NCBI GenBank assembly: GCA_051294375.1
Contig: CM119263.1
Coordinates: 20,426,115-20,490,114, forward strand
Length of the DNA stretch: 64,000 nucleotides
Direction of reading: 5' to 3'
Source of the DNA: Paraspadella gotoi
Taxonomy: Eukaryota > Animalia > Chaetognatha
This document shows positions 14,294 to 27,786 of this stretch, piece by piece. The number at the start of each line of letters is the position of its first letter. Within the stretch, counting starts at the first letter, position 1. The translations under genes were made by a program, and so were the position numbers. Below the pieces are notes generated by a model that made no database searches, was not told the origin of the DNA, and saw only the letters and a list, made by a program, of their open reading frames with translations.

Positions 14294-17200
14294 TTAATCT
14301 TTCCAAGAATTTTCGCTTCGACACGAAGAATATTTGGCGATCGCCGACGCAGAGATCAGATCGTCATCGGCTGACAAGTTCGAGAGAGATCGAGACACGC
14401 CCTCCGCTTCCTGGGGTAAGTGTCAGCGGCTTAAGGTAAGGATCAGAGATTCCGTTAAATTCCGCTATTCGAATCGGCTTACCTTAAAAACTCTTAGAAG
14501 ATTCAGGCCGGCGACTTTCTCCAATTCTTCGTCGGTCCATCCGGACTCGGCCAAAGCCGCCAACAAATCCGGGTACTTGGAGACGTTTTCCAGACCTTTT
14601 TTTTTTTAATTTGTTTTGTTTTTAAATTTATTGATAGTTAAACTTGTCAAGTGTCTGTGTTTTCAAGAAGTCAACTCGAGTGCTTTAATTTGGCTAAGAG
14701 CGCTTGAAAGCCCCTTGAAATCTCCGCCCTCGTTCAAATCAAAATGTAGACAAACAATGGGCGGACTTTAACCGGCGAACTGTTATTCAAAGTGACTGAA
14801 AAAAGGGGGTTTGTAAAAAGTATTGAGATGAATTCCTCACCGATTGGAAGATATTCTACGCCGTCAAAGTCGCTTCCGATTCCAACGTGATCGACTCCGG
14901 CGACGGACTTCATGTGATTCAAATGATTCACCACCTGAGATAAAAAAGAGGAAATGTGAAAAGACGTCGGAGCCAGAAGTGAAAGAAATGAATTATTGAT
15001 TGCCAATACGAGGAGAAAAAAAAGAAAATAAAAAGAAAAAAGATGAGAGAAACATAAAAAGGAGAGAAAGAGACGACCGAGAGACGAAAAAAGTAAGAAG
15101 GCAAGAGAGAAAACTAGTAAACCACTTTCCCAATTAATCAACAAAGCAATTAACAAACAGACAAACCAAATTAAGCAAACTAACTATGAAATTGCAAAAT
15201 GACTTGCTTCATTATCTTTATTTATTATTTTTTAGATTTAAAATAACTAATATTTATGATTTTAATTATTTGTTAAATATATTTGTGTTAAATATTTAAA
15301 TATATTATTTTTTATCTGTTTGGGATGGGGACGTTAGTTTGTCTTCTGGAAATAGAGGGTGCATCTACACAACACAAGGTTAGATTATTTTCTGTTCCAG
15401 TTTTCTGATATCGTACATCATTCCTGTTGGAAAATCATTCATGAGAAACTCATAATATCTATAAGGCCGAACTATGTTATCATCTTGCAGGAGGGATAGA
15501 GAAGGCAAGATAGCTTATTTATTGAACGAATGGATAATTTTTTTCTATTGTTTGTACTAATTTCATAAATAAACAACTAAAAGAACAAAAACAGGCCCAA
15601 CCAACCAATCGAACCTGCAGCATGGTGGCGTTCGGGAGGAGATTCGGTTCACAGTTGATGTAAGTCGAAAAAAAGTTGACCATGACGACACCGCCGTTTT
15701 CTTTCACTCTTCGCAAGATGTCGTCGCGCACGTTGCGATTGTGATTACAGATGGAATAGGCGGAGGAGTGGCTAAAAATTACCGGCGCCTAAACAAATTT
15801 GTCATTTTGACTTTTATTCCCCAAAGTTGAGTCTGTAGAGGTTAGATTTAGTAAAGCATTATTTCTTTCAACTACTTTACCTTGACAACGTCTAAAGCCA
15901 CATCCATGTGACGATGAGAAACGTGAGCAAGATCCACCAACATCCCCAGCCGGTTCATCTCAAGAAGAACCTGGTTAAAGGGAAATTAATTTGTGAGAAA
16001 AATTCAATAGTTTTTTCCTAGTTCTACTCGAACCTTTTTTCCGAAACCGGAGAGGCCATCGTGTTCGACTGGATCAGTTTCGTTGGGCCTCGTGTTGTCC
16101 ACCTTCCAATTGTCCGCCCAGGGCGTGTTGCAAGAGTGAGTGACCTTAAATGAGGAAAGAGCGGATTAAGAGGCGCGAAAGACGTAGAATAATTCCTACT
16201 TGATGCCAGACTTACCGTCATGTATCTGACTCCGACATCGTAGAGGATTCTGAGAACGGCGAGACTCGATTCGATCGCGTGGCCGCCTGGTTGAGATAAG
16301 TTAAAAGGAAAAAAAGAGCGGGAATGAAATCCGAGCGTCGCTTCGATCATTGCGCGTGAGGTTGAATTGTTCTAGAAGCTTCTGTCGTCGATGATGTCAT
16401 CGATAATTTTGTGTTACTTTCGCCTTGACTAACTGGTGACGGAAGGCCAAAATAATCACAAATCACTATCACAATTATAAATATCACAATAATAGTTTCT
16501 GTGATTGTTTTGGTGAATTTCGCTTCTTTTTTTCTTCTTCATTGTATGATTCTTAATTGCGAAGAGTTTTCAAATTATCGACCTTCGACTCCGATGAGGG
16601 AAGCGACCTTCCCGCGTCTGTGGGCGTCGACGATCCCTTCCGCCGTCGTCACGAACTCCAACTCGTCGTATTCGTCGGCGAGACGTTTGATCACGTCGAT
16701 CTGCTCCAGAGTCTGGCGGAGCGAGTCGAGTCCCTGGCTGGAGCAGCTAGAGTGAAAAGATAGATTTTACAATATATTTGTAGAATAAAAAAATACAATT
16801 AAAAAGATTAAAAGACAAGAAGAGAGACAGATAGAAGGCATTACCCCATGTAGGCGGCCCAGAACTGCCCCCCGACCATTCCCTCTTTCAGCAACGGAAT
16901 GCTGGTGTGACCGTAGCCTTCACCCCACGAGCGCGTCGCCCAAGGCTCGCGTTCACGAAGATTCACCTGGAATCCAAGGGTAGCCCGTAGTGATTTGTGA
17001 TTTGATTTTAAGTGACGTTTAACTCACGTTCGCCAATTGATTCTTGTAATTAGCCCTGAGTTGCCACGGGAGGTCGTTGTGCCCGTCGACGAGCGGCACG
17101 CGTTCGAGAACGGCTCGCGCTCGCTCGAGGGGCGTGGCCGGTTCGCCGGAAGTGACGCAGAAGGCGACGATGACGATGACGAGTCCGATCATGACGATGA

Positions 17201-17731
17201 TGGCGACGATGGCGATGACGAGAAAACGTCGACCGTTGAACAGGTTGGAGAGACGACGCAAACCTGTTGTTGTTGTCGTCGTTGTTGAATGTTTATATTA
17301 ATTCCTTCTGTCGATTCCCGATTTTAAATATTTTCTTAAAAATAAATATTCACTTAAATGAATTTGACGTCGAACAAAAAAAAATATGTTTAGATTTGAT
17401 GAGTTAGGTTAGTTATAAATAGCTATAATTATAATCCCAAAATTAGAGAGAAAAAAAAATATTTAAGGTTGGTTGAAACGTTCGGCTACCAAGTTGCCTA
17501 AGTATCAGTTTTTAACATCTAACGGAGCCTTAGCTTAGATTATGAATAATGAAATTAAATAATTAGTTAAGCGTACCACCTTAAATTTTAGAGAGGGATT
17601 TGAACTTTTTAGACAATGACAAAGACGTATCACCTGCGCTGTCGTGCTCTTCCTCCTTGCACTTGTTGCAGTCTTTGACTTTGTCCTTGTCCACGGACTT
17701 GCCCGTTTCCGGTTCCGGTAAGCCTCTCCAT
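14294..17731 (-). CDS. Membrane dipeptidase (peptidase M19, renal dipeptidase-like) with an N-terminal hydrophobic anchor
   Basis: Exons about 17730-17634 (5' end uncertain), 17263-17028, 16966-16845, 16746-16583, 16286-16216, 16144-16034, 15970-15881, 15788-15615, 14934-14841, 14595-14483, 14410-14294. Motifs [68 protein letters not shown]. Confidence 0.95.
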
Positions 17732-18047
17732 TTCAATACAGCTCAGTTTTTTTCAGTTACCCAAAATAATATAACTTCTGTCCGAGAAAATGGATTTAAA
17801 TATTTTTTTCGCTAAGTTTAAGACTCAACAGTCAGCAATCGTTTTATTTATACATTTTTTATTCATTTTATTGACATCCGACGTTTGTCTTTAGCTCCAG
17901 GCGTTTCGCATTGGAGAAGGCATTTTCCGGCAATTTATTTTTTTAAATTAAAAAAGTTTTAAGCTTTTTTTTAAGTAGTAAGATTTGAATGTCATTACGA
18001 CGAGAACAAAAGGGGGAGGAAGAGGGGGAGAGAGTTGAAAGAGAAGA

Positions 18048-18057
18048 GGAGAGAGAG

Positions 18058-18147
<90 letters not shown>
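18048..18147 (+). repeat. (GA)n microsatellite
   Basis: Long perfect AG run. Similar runs at about 1850-1960, 2210-2320, 3410-3540, 3815-3945, 22271-22302, 22579-22672 and 42409-42463. Confidence 0.95.
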
Positions 18148-18150
<3 letters not shown>

Positions 18151-21100
18151 CGTTAAAATCGAGAGACGTCGCCAAAAGTTGCACAAGAGACAAAATAAAA
18201 AAGATTAATTGAATTAAAACGTGACAGAATAAAAAATCTTTTTTTTTTCTTTTGAATCGATGAGCCCTTTCAATTTTTTTTTACATTATCTCTTCATCGA
18301 TAATTTAGCTCATTTCGGGACAGGTAGTACATTTCGGAACTTTTTATTCTCTCACACCCCCAAGAAGAGAAAAAAGGGGAAAATCAAGAAGAAGAATCGA
18401 AGGAAAAGAAATGAAAAGAATCAATTTATAATAGGAAAGAGAGAACAAAAAAAAGCTACAATAGAAAAGAATTTGCTAGAGAAAATAAGCTCGAGCCCTG
18501 AGAGAAAAAAAATCTTACGTCGTCTTCTGATTGCGAGATCCGTTTAGTCAACGAAAGGCGGGAGATTGGAAAAGTTCGGAGATGGAACTGGGGAAAACAG
18601 GAACCGAATGGCCTTAAGGGGATAATAGCGAGTGGGAGATCGTTTTTAAGAGTCCGAAACACAAAGGATGACCCTTTTGTTAAGAGAAGGGTAAGTGAGT
18701 ACCGAGTAGGGTTGGGATGCCGGAATTCTAAATGATAATTGTAATAATAATGATATTTAAGAGTTTTGTTAGTACAGCAGCTGAACAGCTGAACAGCTGA
18801 ACAAATTACAAATGAAAACAAAGGATGTCTTGCAAGTTTTATATGTACTTGAAATCAAAGTACAAAATGTATTCAAGACAGTTTCGTCCAAAATACCACT
18901 TTTCACTACTAATAGTTATATCATTTATTAGAAAAATTTTTAAAAAACGCATGATGGAAGAACAAAAGTAAATGAAAGTGCGTATCATCCTGATGATTCA
19001 TGTTTCTTTCAAATGTCGCACTTTGTATAAGAATTCGGTTGTTTTTGTTTTTCTTTTTTAACACTTGTTTTCTCTTACAGAAAAAACATCGCCAAAACGT
19101 TTTTACCTTTTTCTTTTGTTCCATCGAACCTTTTGCAATGGATTGGAGAACCTTTACGCAAATTCGCAACGCTAAAAAAAACCCTTTCGTCTCGGCCAAA
19201 AACTTTCATCCCTTTGCTTTTGAAAGGACGACTCAACTATTTTTTTTTTTTTTTAAACTTAAAAAAATAAATAAAATCAAAAGATGAATTTTTTTTTTCA
19301 ATGTGACTTTTTCAAGTCGGTCTGGAAAAATCCTCGGGGGTTGGGGCGGCGGAAGGGGGGCGATCGGTGGAATCATTTAAATTCCTAAAATGCGCGGACT
19401 TAGGTTCCGAAACCTGCTACAGCGGCGGCGGCGGAGACGGCAGCCGCAGCTGCGGCGGCTGACTTTCTCTCGCTCTGGCGTTTTTGACTTGAGGTCAAAA
19501 AGGGAGTTTTCGATCAAAGGCTCGAAACGTACCTACGAATTTCACTTGAGGTTTGATATTTAAGACCAGAACAGAACACCGACATAATCTGCGAAGATTG
19601 ACCCTCATTCTCTTTCTGCTAAATATTGTTTGGCAGCTTCAGGTGTTCCGAGACCAGTTGACTATGATAGTACATCAAAATTAGAGAGCTTAAACCTTGA
19701 ACTAACTACGCACTTAGCGAAAACATTCGCAGGTTTTTGTCTTTCAGTTGTGAAAAGAGAGACACGTTTGCCCGAAATGTTCAGTTTATTTTCGAAAAAG
19801 TTTATATATGTCATGAACTTTAATAATGTTTTCGCGAAAAACGCGTGACTCTTATGGATCGCTCAACCATCAAACATCAAAAACTGTCCAGTGGTTTTCG
19901 ACACGAGAAAGTTTTTCCCAATAAAACATTTTATATTTATTGGGGTATAAATAGTTTCGAAATATTGCATATTTAAAAGAGTAAAAATTACGTGAATAAA
20001 TTGTATAATTGTATTTCTAATTCACTTGTTAGTATCTATTTTTCTTTTTTTTTATGCCACGTCGCTAAAAATATGGATCCCTGTCGAAAAAAATGGTCTT
20101 TGATGAAAACTTAATTATAATTTTTAAATTTAGTCATCGAATTTATTCCCTCGAGACAGATCGCCTTTCAGCGAATTTCGAAGAGCTTCTTGTTCTGTTG
20201 TTCTCACAAGAAATCCTAAATCCTAATCCAACTACGAGTCTCCAGTGGAGACGCTGTAAACAATTTTCATTCCCTACTTGCCCTTTTTTTAATATTATAA
20301 CCGACAATTTTCTCTAATATTTTTTTGTAAAGAAACAAAGTATAAAACGCGTAACTTTTTTTTCGTACAAATTACGTTGACCCGTACTGATTAAATATCT
20401 TTGTTGTATTAGTAAATAAGAAATGAGAAAAAGACAATTGCCTCATCTACTTGAAAAGGTCTTAAATTCCGATCGCTGCGCATTTATCGTCGATCAAATT
20501 GCCAAAGGCATAAATAAATTCACCTGACCATGCCTGCGATGCCTAACGAAAAAATTATGACTAATTAATTTTATTTTTCTATCAGCTTGAGTTAAATAAC
20601 AATGTCACCCCAGCCAACTATGTAAAATATGCCCCAAAAGTTTTTTTAGGCGGTTTTTAACCATTTTGCTTTGTTTTTTGTTTTTGTTTTTTTTTCAGGG
20701 GGGAATCGGAATGAAGAATAGAGAAACAAAAGTTTTTGTTCTAGAATAATCGTGACTGACAAACGAGCATCGGACGGGACATGAGACTAATTTCTTTTAA
20801 TCTAATTAGTTTTTATTTAAAAAAGCAGGAAGGAACAAAACGAGAGAGAGATTGAGAGGGAGAAAGGGTTTGACAATATTGTATTTTAATTCATATGTGC
20901 TTTAATTTTTTTCATTTCTATCATATTCCAAAAAAAATGTACGTCTGTTATCATCGATTAAACTTTGCTCGTGAGAAAAACCTTCATCTCCGTTGAAACG
21001 TCAGTTTTATTTAAAAAAGGAATGTCATTTCAAAATTGTACAATTGCAGTACGAAAAAAAAGGCTCCACATCCCCGTTCTCTGAACAATAATACAAAAAT

Positions 21101-22267
21101 TTCATTTCACTTAACGGAGAAAACCGCAAAATAGCAAAGAACATATGATTAGGAAATTCTCACGTTAATTTGTAACTTCGATCATGTTTGAAGTTAACAA
21201 AAATAAAACTTAAGCCAATAACACATAATTTTTTTCCTAAATTATAAACAGTTTTTTTCATTCCAATTCTGCAACGACGACACTTCAAAACCTCGGCGGG
21301 CTCATCATTTGTGATCATTTTAAATTGAGGACCTTTCTTCCTCCAGCTTCGGTCAAAAAATATTTTCACAATTCGCTTCTAAGAATTGAGTCAATTACCA
21401 GCTTGTTCTTGTTTTTCACTATGATTTAATCATTTTTTTTTATCCATGAATCTCGATTAGCTTGACCGAAAAAAAACAATTATGAGCGTTAAGGCTATAA
21501 TAATTGTATAATTTACTCTCATGACGAGAGCTAATTCCTTCAAATTAGGAAGTAAACATTCTGCGCATTTTGCCGTAAAAAACATTTGGACAATCTCATC
21601 TTTCAAGCAGTTTAAAGGTCGACAAAACTAAAGTACTCTTGTTCTACGTAGAATCTTTACGAATATAGGTTTTCTTGTTCACTGTCATCGCTGCTCCAAC
21701 ATTATTGTCATCGGTGTCTCTCTTCAAAGTCATTACCGTCATCATCCCTCGTCTCCGTTATCAAAGTCATCGTCGCCGAAGGTGAAACCGGAGAACCAGA
21801 CATCCTGGACGAGCACGTTGAGGGACGACGACGACGACAACGACAATACTTTCCCACTTTCCAGCAGAGTTGAAAGATGAGGATTTACGGCGGAAGGCTG
21901 CTTCCCGCAGAGGCGGGAGGAGTCAGCGGGACCTGGCTTGAGAAGCCTGATAAGACGGTTAGAGGGATGAGGTGTCCCTTAGTTCGGGCTGAGGAGGGAT
22001 AAGGGGTAAGAGAATCGGCAAAGTGGGGTCGTCCCCTTGTGGTTCCGAAGATTAGTTGTGAGAAGCGGAAGGAGTGTTGATTACTAGGTTGGAGAAAGAA
22101 AGAGTGTTGAGTGTGCAAAATTTGATAAGAGGAGGTCGGGGGTAAGACAAAAATTGTTGGGCGAATCGTGACGGGGATGAAAGATTCGCAAGGCCAGGGA
22201 TGGTAAGTGGGGATTTGGGGAGGTCCGCCTCGCGAATTCCATAGAATAGGGAGTGTTGATCGGCGTT

Positions 22268-22305
<38 letters not shown>

Positions 22306-22577
22306 CTCTTGCTCTCTTGCTTCATCAGAGAGAAACTTTTGTTTTCCTCGGATTTTAATCTGAAGTCTCCAGTGGTAGTGGTGAAGGCCACCCAGATCGA
22401 AGACCGAGCCGAGGTCCGAGTTTTCGATCCGGGATTCTAATCCCAAACGACGAAGATCGAATTCGCGCGTCGCGGGTTAATTTAAAATTCATTCCAAACA
22501 AAAGGTAATCGAAATCGAGCGTCAATTTCAATTGTTTTGTTTACGCTGAGAAAAAAGGCTATAATCCTCCCTCCGGC

Positions 22578-22680
<103 letters not shown>

Positions 22681-24837
22681 TCAGGAAGAGAGAGAAGAGA
22701 ACGACCTTTGTTTTGACAAATTCGGAGAGAAAGCATCCGCCCTGAGGACGACTAAACACTTCCGCGAAAAACACGCCCAAGAGGATTAATCTTCATAAAG
22801 AAAATTTGGTGAACAAAAATGCGCGCGTCTCGTGAACGTAACCACACCAGTGATCGATTCGCTAATAGTAATACCTTTTTATTTTACTTTTGAGTTGTAA
22901 TTTTAAAAAAAAATGTTTGCTCTTTTCAAGTCTCTTTCGTCGTGCGATTTCCTACGACTAAGTTTGTAGTTCATCGCGAGCCGCCTCGAAGCTCGGTGAA
23001 AAAAGCAAAGATTATTCGCTCAATTATTTTACGAGAAACTCACTGGGACAGACAATAAATAAATAAAAGAAAAAGATATTTAAAAAAAAATTAAAATCAG
23101 TATTTCCAAATTATTTTTTTCGAAAAAAGTAATTTCTTAACGACCTGGTAAAAAAAAAATTCGTCCATCAATCTTCGGAGATCGTTATTGTATCTGGTTT
23201 TCATCAAATTTACTCAGTACAATAAAACTGTTTACAAAGCCTTATCTTATTCTGCACCAAAAAGGAACATGTCAAACACGAATTTTGAAGAGGACGAATT
23301 TTTTTGAGTTTGAACCCGCGTGACAAAGATCGAAAGATCGAGAGACTGATAGAGTCTGCCGTCAAGAGTTTGAATGGACCCTTGCGCCTTACGTATTTTC
23401 TTTTTAAGAACTAAGTTTATAAGAATTTTTTTTTCAAAAGTGCGAGATGTATCATGAAAATGATAAAGGTAAATCGACAAATATAATAGTTTTAATTCTT
23501 ATATATATTGATTCATTTGCGTTTTCAAACCCTTTTCGATGCACCGAAGGTTTTATCGTCGTAATGAATGCAAGGTTCTGGCGTTATCTAAATAGATCAC
23601 GAATGGTTCCGGCCACCCGGTCTGTCTTTTCATTATTTTTTCTCACTTTTTATATTGTTTTTCTCACCAACTTGCTCAGCATCTATGATTCTATCACTGT
23701 TTTTCTCCTTCCTAAATCCTTCACTCTTCACTCCCCAGCCCCCGGAGTAAAAAATAACTTGGCGAAGTAAAATGGTTCTCGTTGATCGTATTAATCCGTT
23801 TCGTGGGTGTGTGTGTGTGCGTTCGGCGACACTCAGTCCGGCTCGGGAAACAAAAGGAAGAGTATAAAAATTATTGTGAATCGCTGAGCGAAGTGTCGAG
23901 ACGAATTTAGCGTAATAAATTTTCAAGTCTTTATTTATATATAGTTTGACATTTACATTTACTTTACGAAGCTAAACAATATTCTAAAAGAAATACGCGT
24001 TTTTAATTTTTATTAGGTCTTTTCAATTAGCAATATGTTTTTTTTCTTAAAGGCTTAAAAATATTTCAATCCTAGAAATCAAATCACACGCACCAAAACT
24101 TATAGACTGCTTAGTGGTTAAACAATGGTATAATATGCGAAAAGTTATTTTTAACTTTTGGAATATCGACTCTGAATTGAAATCAACCGGGTTTCAAAAA
24201 TATAATCTATTTTATATTTTATTCATCTTGTCTTAAATTATATGGACCCAAAGTCATTCCCAAAAAAGCTTAAAAAACCCTGTAGCTTTTGTTATGCTAG
24301 AGAATGAAAAAAATAGGTTACATAAATAGACTTAAAAAAAGAAATTAGATTTTAGCTTTTGTGCATTTAAAATTATTCGAAAAAAAATTTATATTTTAAC
24401 ATTTAAAAATATATAGCTCCTCAAATGATTATTAAAACTAATATATGTTTACACCATTAGAAAGCCCAATTTTCACTCGAAAGATGTTTTGATTATTTTT
24501 CCAAAATATTTTAGAAGCTTAAAAATTATCTTAATTAAAATAAATGAGATTTTTAAAATAAAGAATTTTGTTTGCTCTTGCATCCATTATTTTGAACGAT
24601 ATCACTCTATTTTTTAAGAAACAAAGATAAATAAAAATTAAAATTTTACTATGGTGCTAAATACTGTAAAAAGTTTTAAAAATCTGCTAAAGCTTAAGCG
24701 TTTTTAATTTTTATTATGTATTTAAAACTTAAGTCTTAAAAATATTATAATGACAATATTGGCAGTTCACTTTCAATCCTTGAAAGCAATACACATGATG
24801 ATGATGGTTAGTGGTTATACATTCATTAACGCTCCCA

Positions 24838-25076
24838 CGAGGCCTTATTTTCCCAAAGGGCCTCATTTCACCTTAAATTCTGAATTAATTTTTAACTTTT
24901 AAAAGTTAGGTTAGACGTTAGGGTTAAGAATTAGGTAATTAGGATTAGAGAGTAGAGTTAGTGATAGGCTAAGAAGGTTAGAGATTTTATAATAGATTAT
25001 GGTTAAATATAAGAATTAAAATTAAGTTTAAATATTCAGGAACAGAAATGAGGCGTTTTGAAAAAGAGAGACTTCG
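24838..25076. mobile_element. MITE-like element with imperfect TIRs and internal degenerate TTAGG(G) repeats
   Basis: cgaggccttattttcccaaagggcctcatttc is an imperfect inverted match to gaaatgaggcgttttgaaaaagagagacttcg. The interior reads gttaggttagacgttagggttaag... Confidence 0.6.
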
Positions 25077-27786
25077 CTTCATATGGTATTGCGAGTGAAT
25101 TTTAGGAAATTTCGATCTTTAATTTTCCTTTTTATAATAAATTTGATACCCGGCGCAGTGAGCAGGGCTCACTGAGCAGAGCCTCTGGAAAAATTCAGGA
25201 GGACGAAGTTTTAGTTTCAGGTTCAGGCGTCAGAAGTAATAGTATTTTTATAGGTCCAAAAATTAGGTCAATGTACTAAGAGAAACAGTCAGAGTACTTG
25301 CGACGATGATTTACGAACTCGTGATGAGGTTTTAATACTTAAAAAAAAAATTTTCCAAAATTGATTGATTTTTTCTTTTTCCTTAGGAATAGGATGTATT
25401 TCTGATATTTGAAAAAATATGTAGTAGATAAGCAGCGAAAAAGTAAACAAATCAGAAACACATTAATATCGGTATTTTATCTTCACGTGATTGTTGTTTT
25501 TACATTTTTTTCCTAAATTTTCAAAACAGACAGTATCATTAATATCTTTGAAGGAAACTGGCTATCCGGGTTTTAAATGATTCATCGATGACATAATGAG
25601 ATACAATAATAAAAGACAAACGATAATGAATATATAACTTGATTTTGAACTGATCGAAAAATTGGACTTTCGACCAAATAATTTTCTTCACAGACGCGTG
25701 AAAATGTCCAACGACTCAATCGTAAACGAGGAATTTGATTTTTAAAATTTTTTCATCGTATTGTTATATAATAAAAAAAATTAAATATAGAGAAATTAAA
25801 GATGTTTGATCGGCGAAATTAATATAAATACAAAAAAGAAACGAAGCTTTACATATATTAATATTATACGCTTTCTCTTCGCCGAGCACCACCCCTCGAT
25901 TACTTTAAATATTTATAACTGAAGATGTAAAGTTCGAAAACCGTCGGACGAAAGGTGCCTTCTCAACTTGAGAATCTCAAGCCGAGACTGAACTGGTCCC
26001 ACAGGCGGGCTTTCAACATCGTGTCGAAGCAATTGGAGAGGGTCTTTAAACCGCGGGTAGAAGGATTCGAATTTCGACGAAAGGTGCTTTTTATGTTCAT
26101 CTCAATCAATCCTCGGGGGCCAAACAATGTAGCGGGGCGATCGGGTGGTGAGGGTTTATTCATCAACCCTCGCTACTCGAAAGGAGCTTCAAACTCTAAC
26201 CCCCAAATCGCTCCTCCATTTCCGTTACTCCTCTCTTTGTATCCCCCCCCCATCCTCGCATAGCGCGATCCGATTTTGGGCCTCACGAAATTCGTCGTTC
26301 GTTTGGAGAGCGTCTTCAGCCCTCGGGGAAGGCAGGCTTGAATTCATTCTCATCGCAAAACTTTTAAAAAAAGGATTATATTAAGAATATTAACAAATTT
26401 TCCGCTTTTTTTCTTCTTTCGGGCTAAAATCGAAACTGTTTCTTTTGATTTTCGTCCAAGCGATCGAATCGATAAGAATTCTCTCCAGACCGTGAAAAAA
26501 TAACAAAGTGGAACAAACCACTAGAGAAATCCGATCCTTCTTTCAATTTATTAACTTCGTACGTCATCTTCGTATATTTTGTCAAGGGGAAAGTATTTTC
26601 GTGATGGACGAGTAAATAATTATCTTTTAAGTAACTGAAATCCGATTGACGGTCATGTGTCTGTTTTTACCGCGTTCTTTCTTTCTTTCCCGGCTCGATG
26701 ACCCCGTAAAAGCGGATGCCTTTAAAAGTCTATATATCGGGGGAAGTGAATATATCCCGCTCCCCGAACCAACAACTGTTGAGACGAAAACAAAGCAAAA
26801 CAAAAAACGCACAAAATTTTATTTCAAGTTTGAATGAAGAATGAAAAAAACAACGACAAATTCTTCGACAGTAGTTGGAAAGCACTTGCTCCTGAAACCT
26901 TTTTCCGATCTTAAGTTATAATCGAATCATCTTCTCGCCTCTTATCTCCATCCAGATTTTTTTTCTGAAAAATTTGTATTAGAACATTAAATAATCAAAA
27001 TAAATGCAGATCGTTAAAAAATGTAATTTCCTAAAAGATTTTCTTCTTGGTACAATGTTTCGTGCGTACTTGTTTCGTTTACTCACTTTCAATTTGACCG
27101 AATGCTCGAAACAAAACTTTTTTTTTTCTATCCCTCATTATTTTCCGTTTTCGATCGTCAAACGAAACAAAAAGTTTTTTTAGTCGGACAAAAGTCTTTT
27201 TTGCGAGAAAAAAAATTTAAACCCTCTTTTTTTTCGTTTTAGTCACTGTCGAACGTTTAAAATTACTAATTTTCTCAATTTTCTCAATTATTTTCGCATG
27301 TGCGTTTTCACCATTTGACCCACTTATGGAAACAGTTGTCCCGAAATATTTCCCACATTTTCTCCATTATTCTTAGTCGCGATTCTCGATTTCCCTTTCT
27401 CTCCTCGTTCACGATTATTATTGGGTTAAGAAATAAATGATCTTAAACCGGAAGCAATCTTTTTTCTTGCCCAAGAGAACAGAAGTTAAATTCGATATCG
27501 CATTTTATTTCTCGTTAAAATAATTTTTCTCTTTCCCCTAAAGCCTACGTACCTATCTTGAAAAAAGCCACCTCTGCCATCGATTAAACGATCATTCGGC
27601 CGCCGAATCGAATAAACGAAACCGATTTTCTTCACAAACGCTGCATCCCCAGCTCTCTCTTTTGGCCGAAAGCTAAACTACTAAAACAAAAGGAAAATAA
27701 AGTATAACACAAACAAAAACATTTAAACTCCTTAATGTCATCGACGTGACTTTCTCTTTCGCGTTGAGCTGCGAAAAGAGCGAAAA

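Noticed and set aside
17948-18193. ORFs with SLSL/ERER runs (also 3199-3657, 22482-22780, 42123-42523)
   Set aside because: They are translations of (GA)n microsatellites.
21690-21880. GC-rich candidate exon
   Set aside because: No consistent splice sites or partner exons, and the translation is low-complexity.
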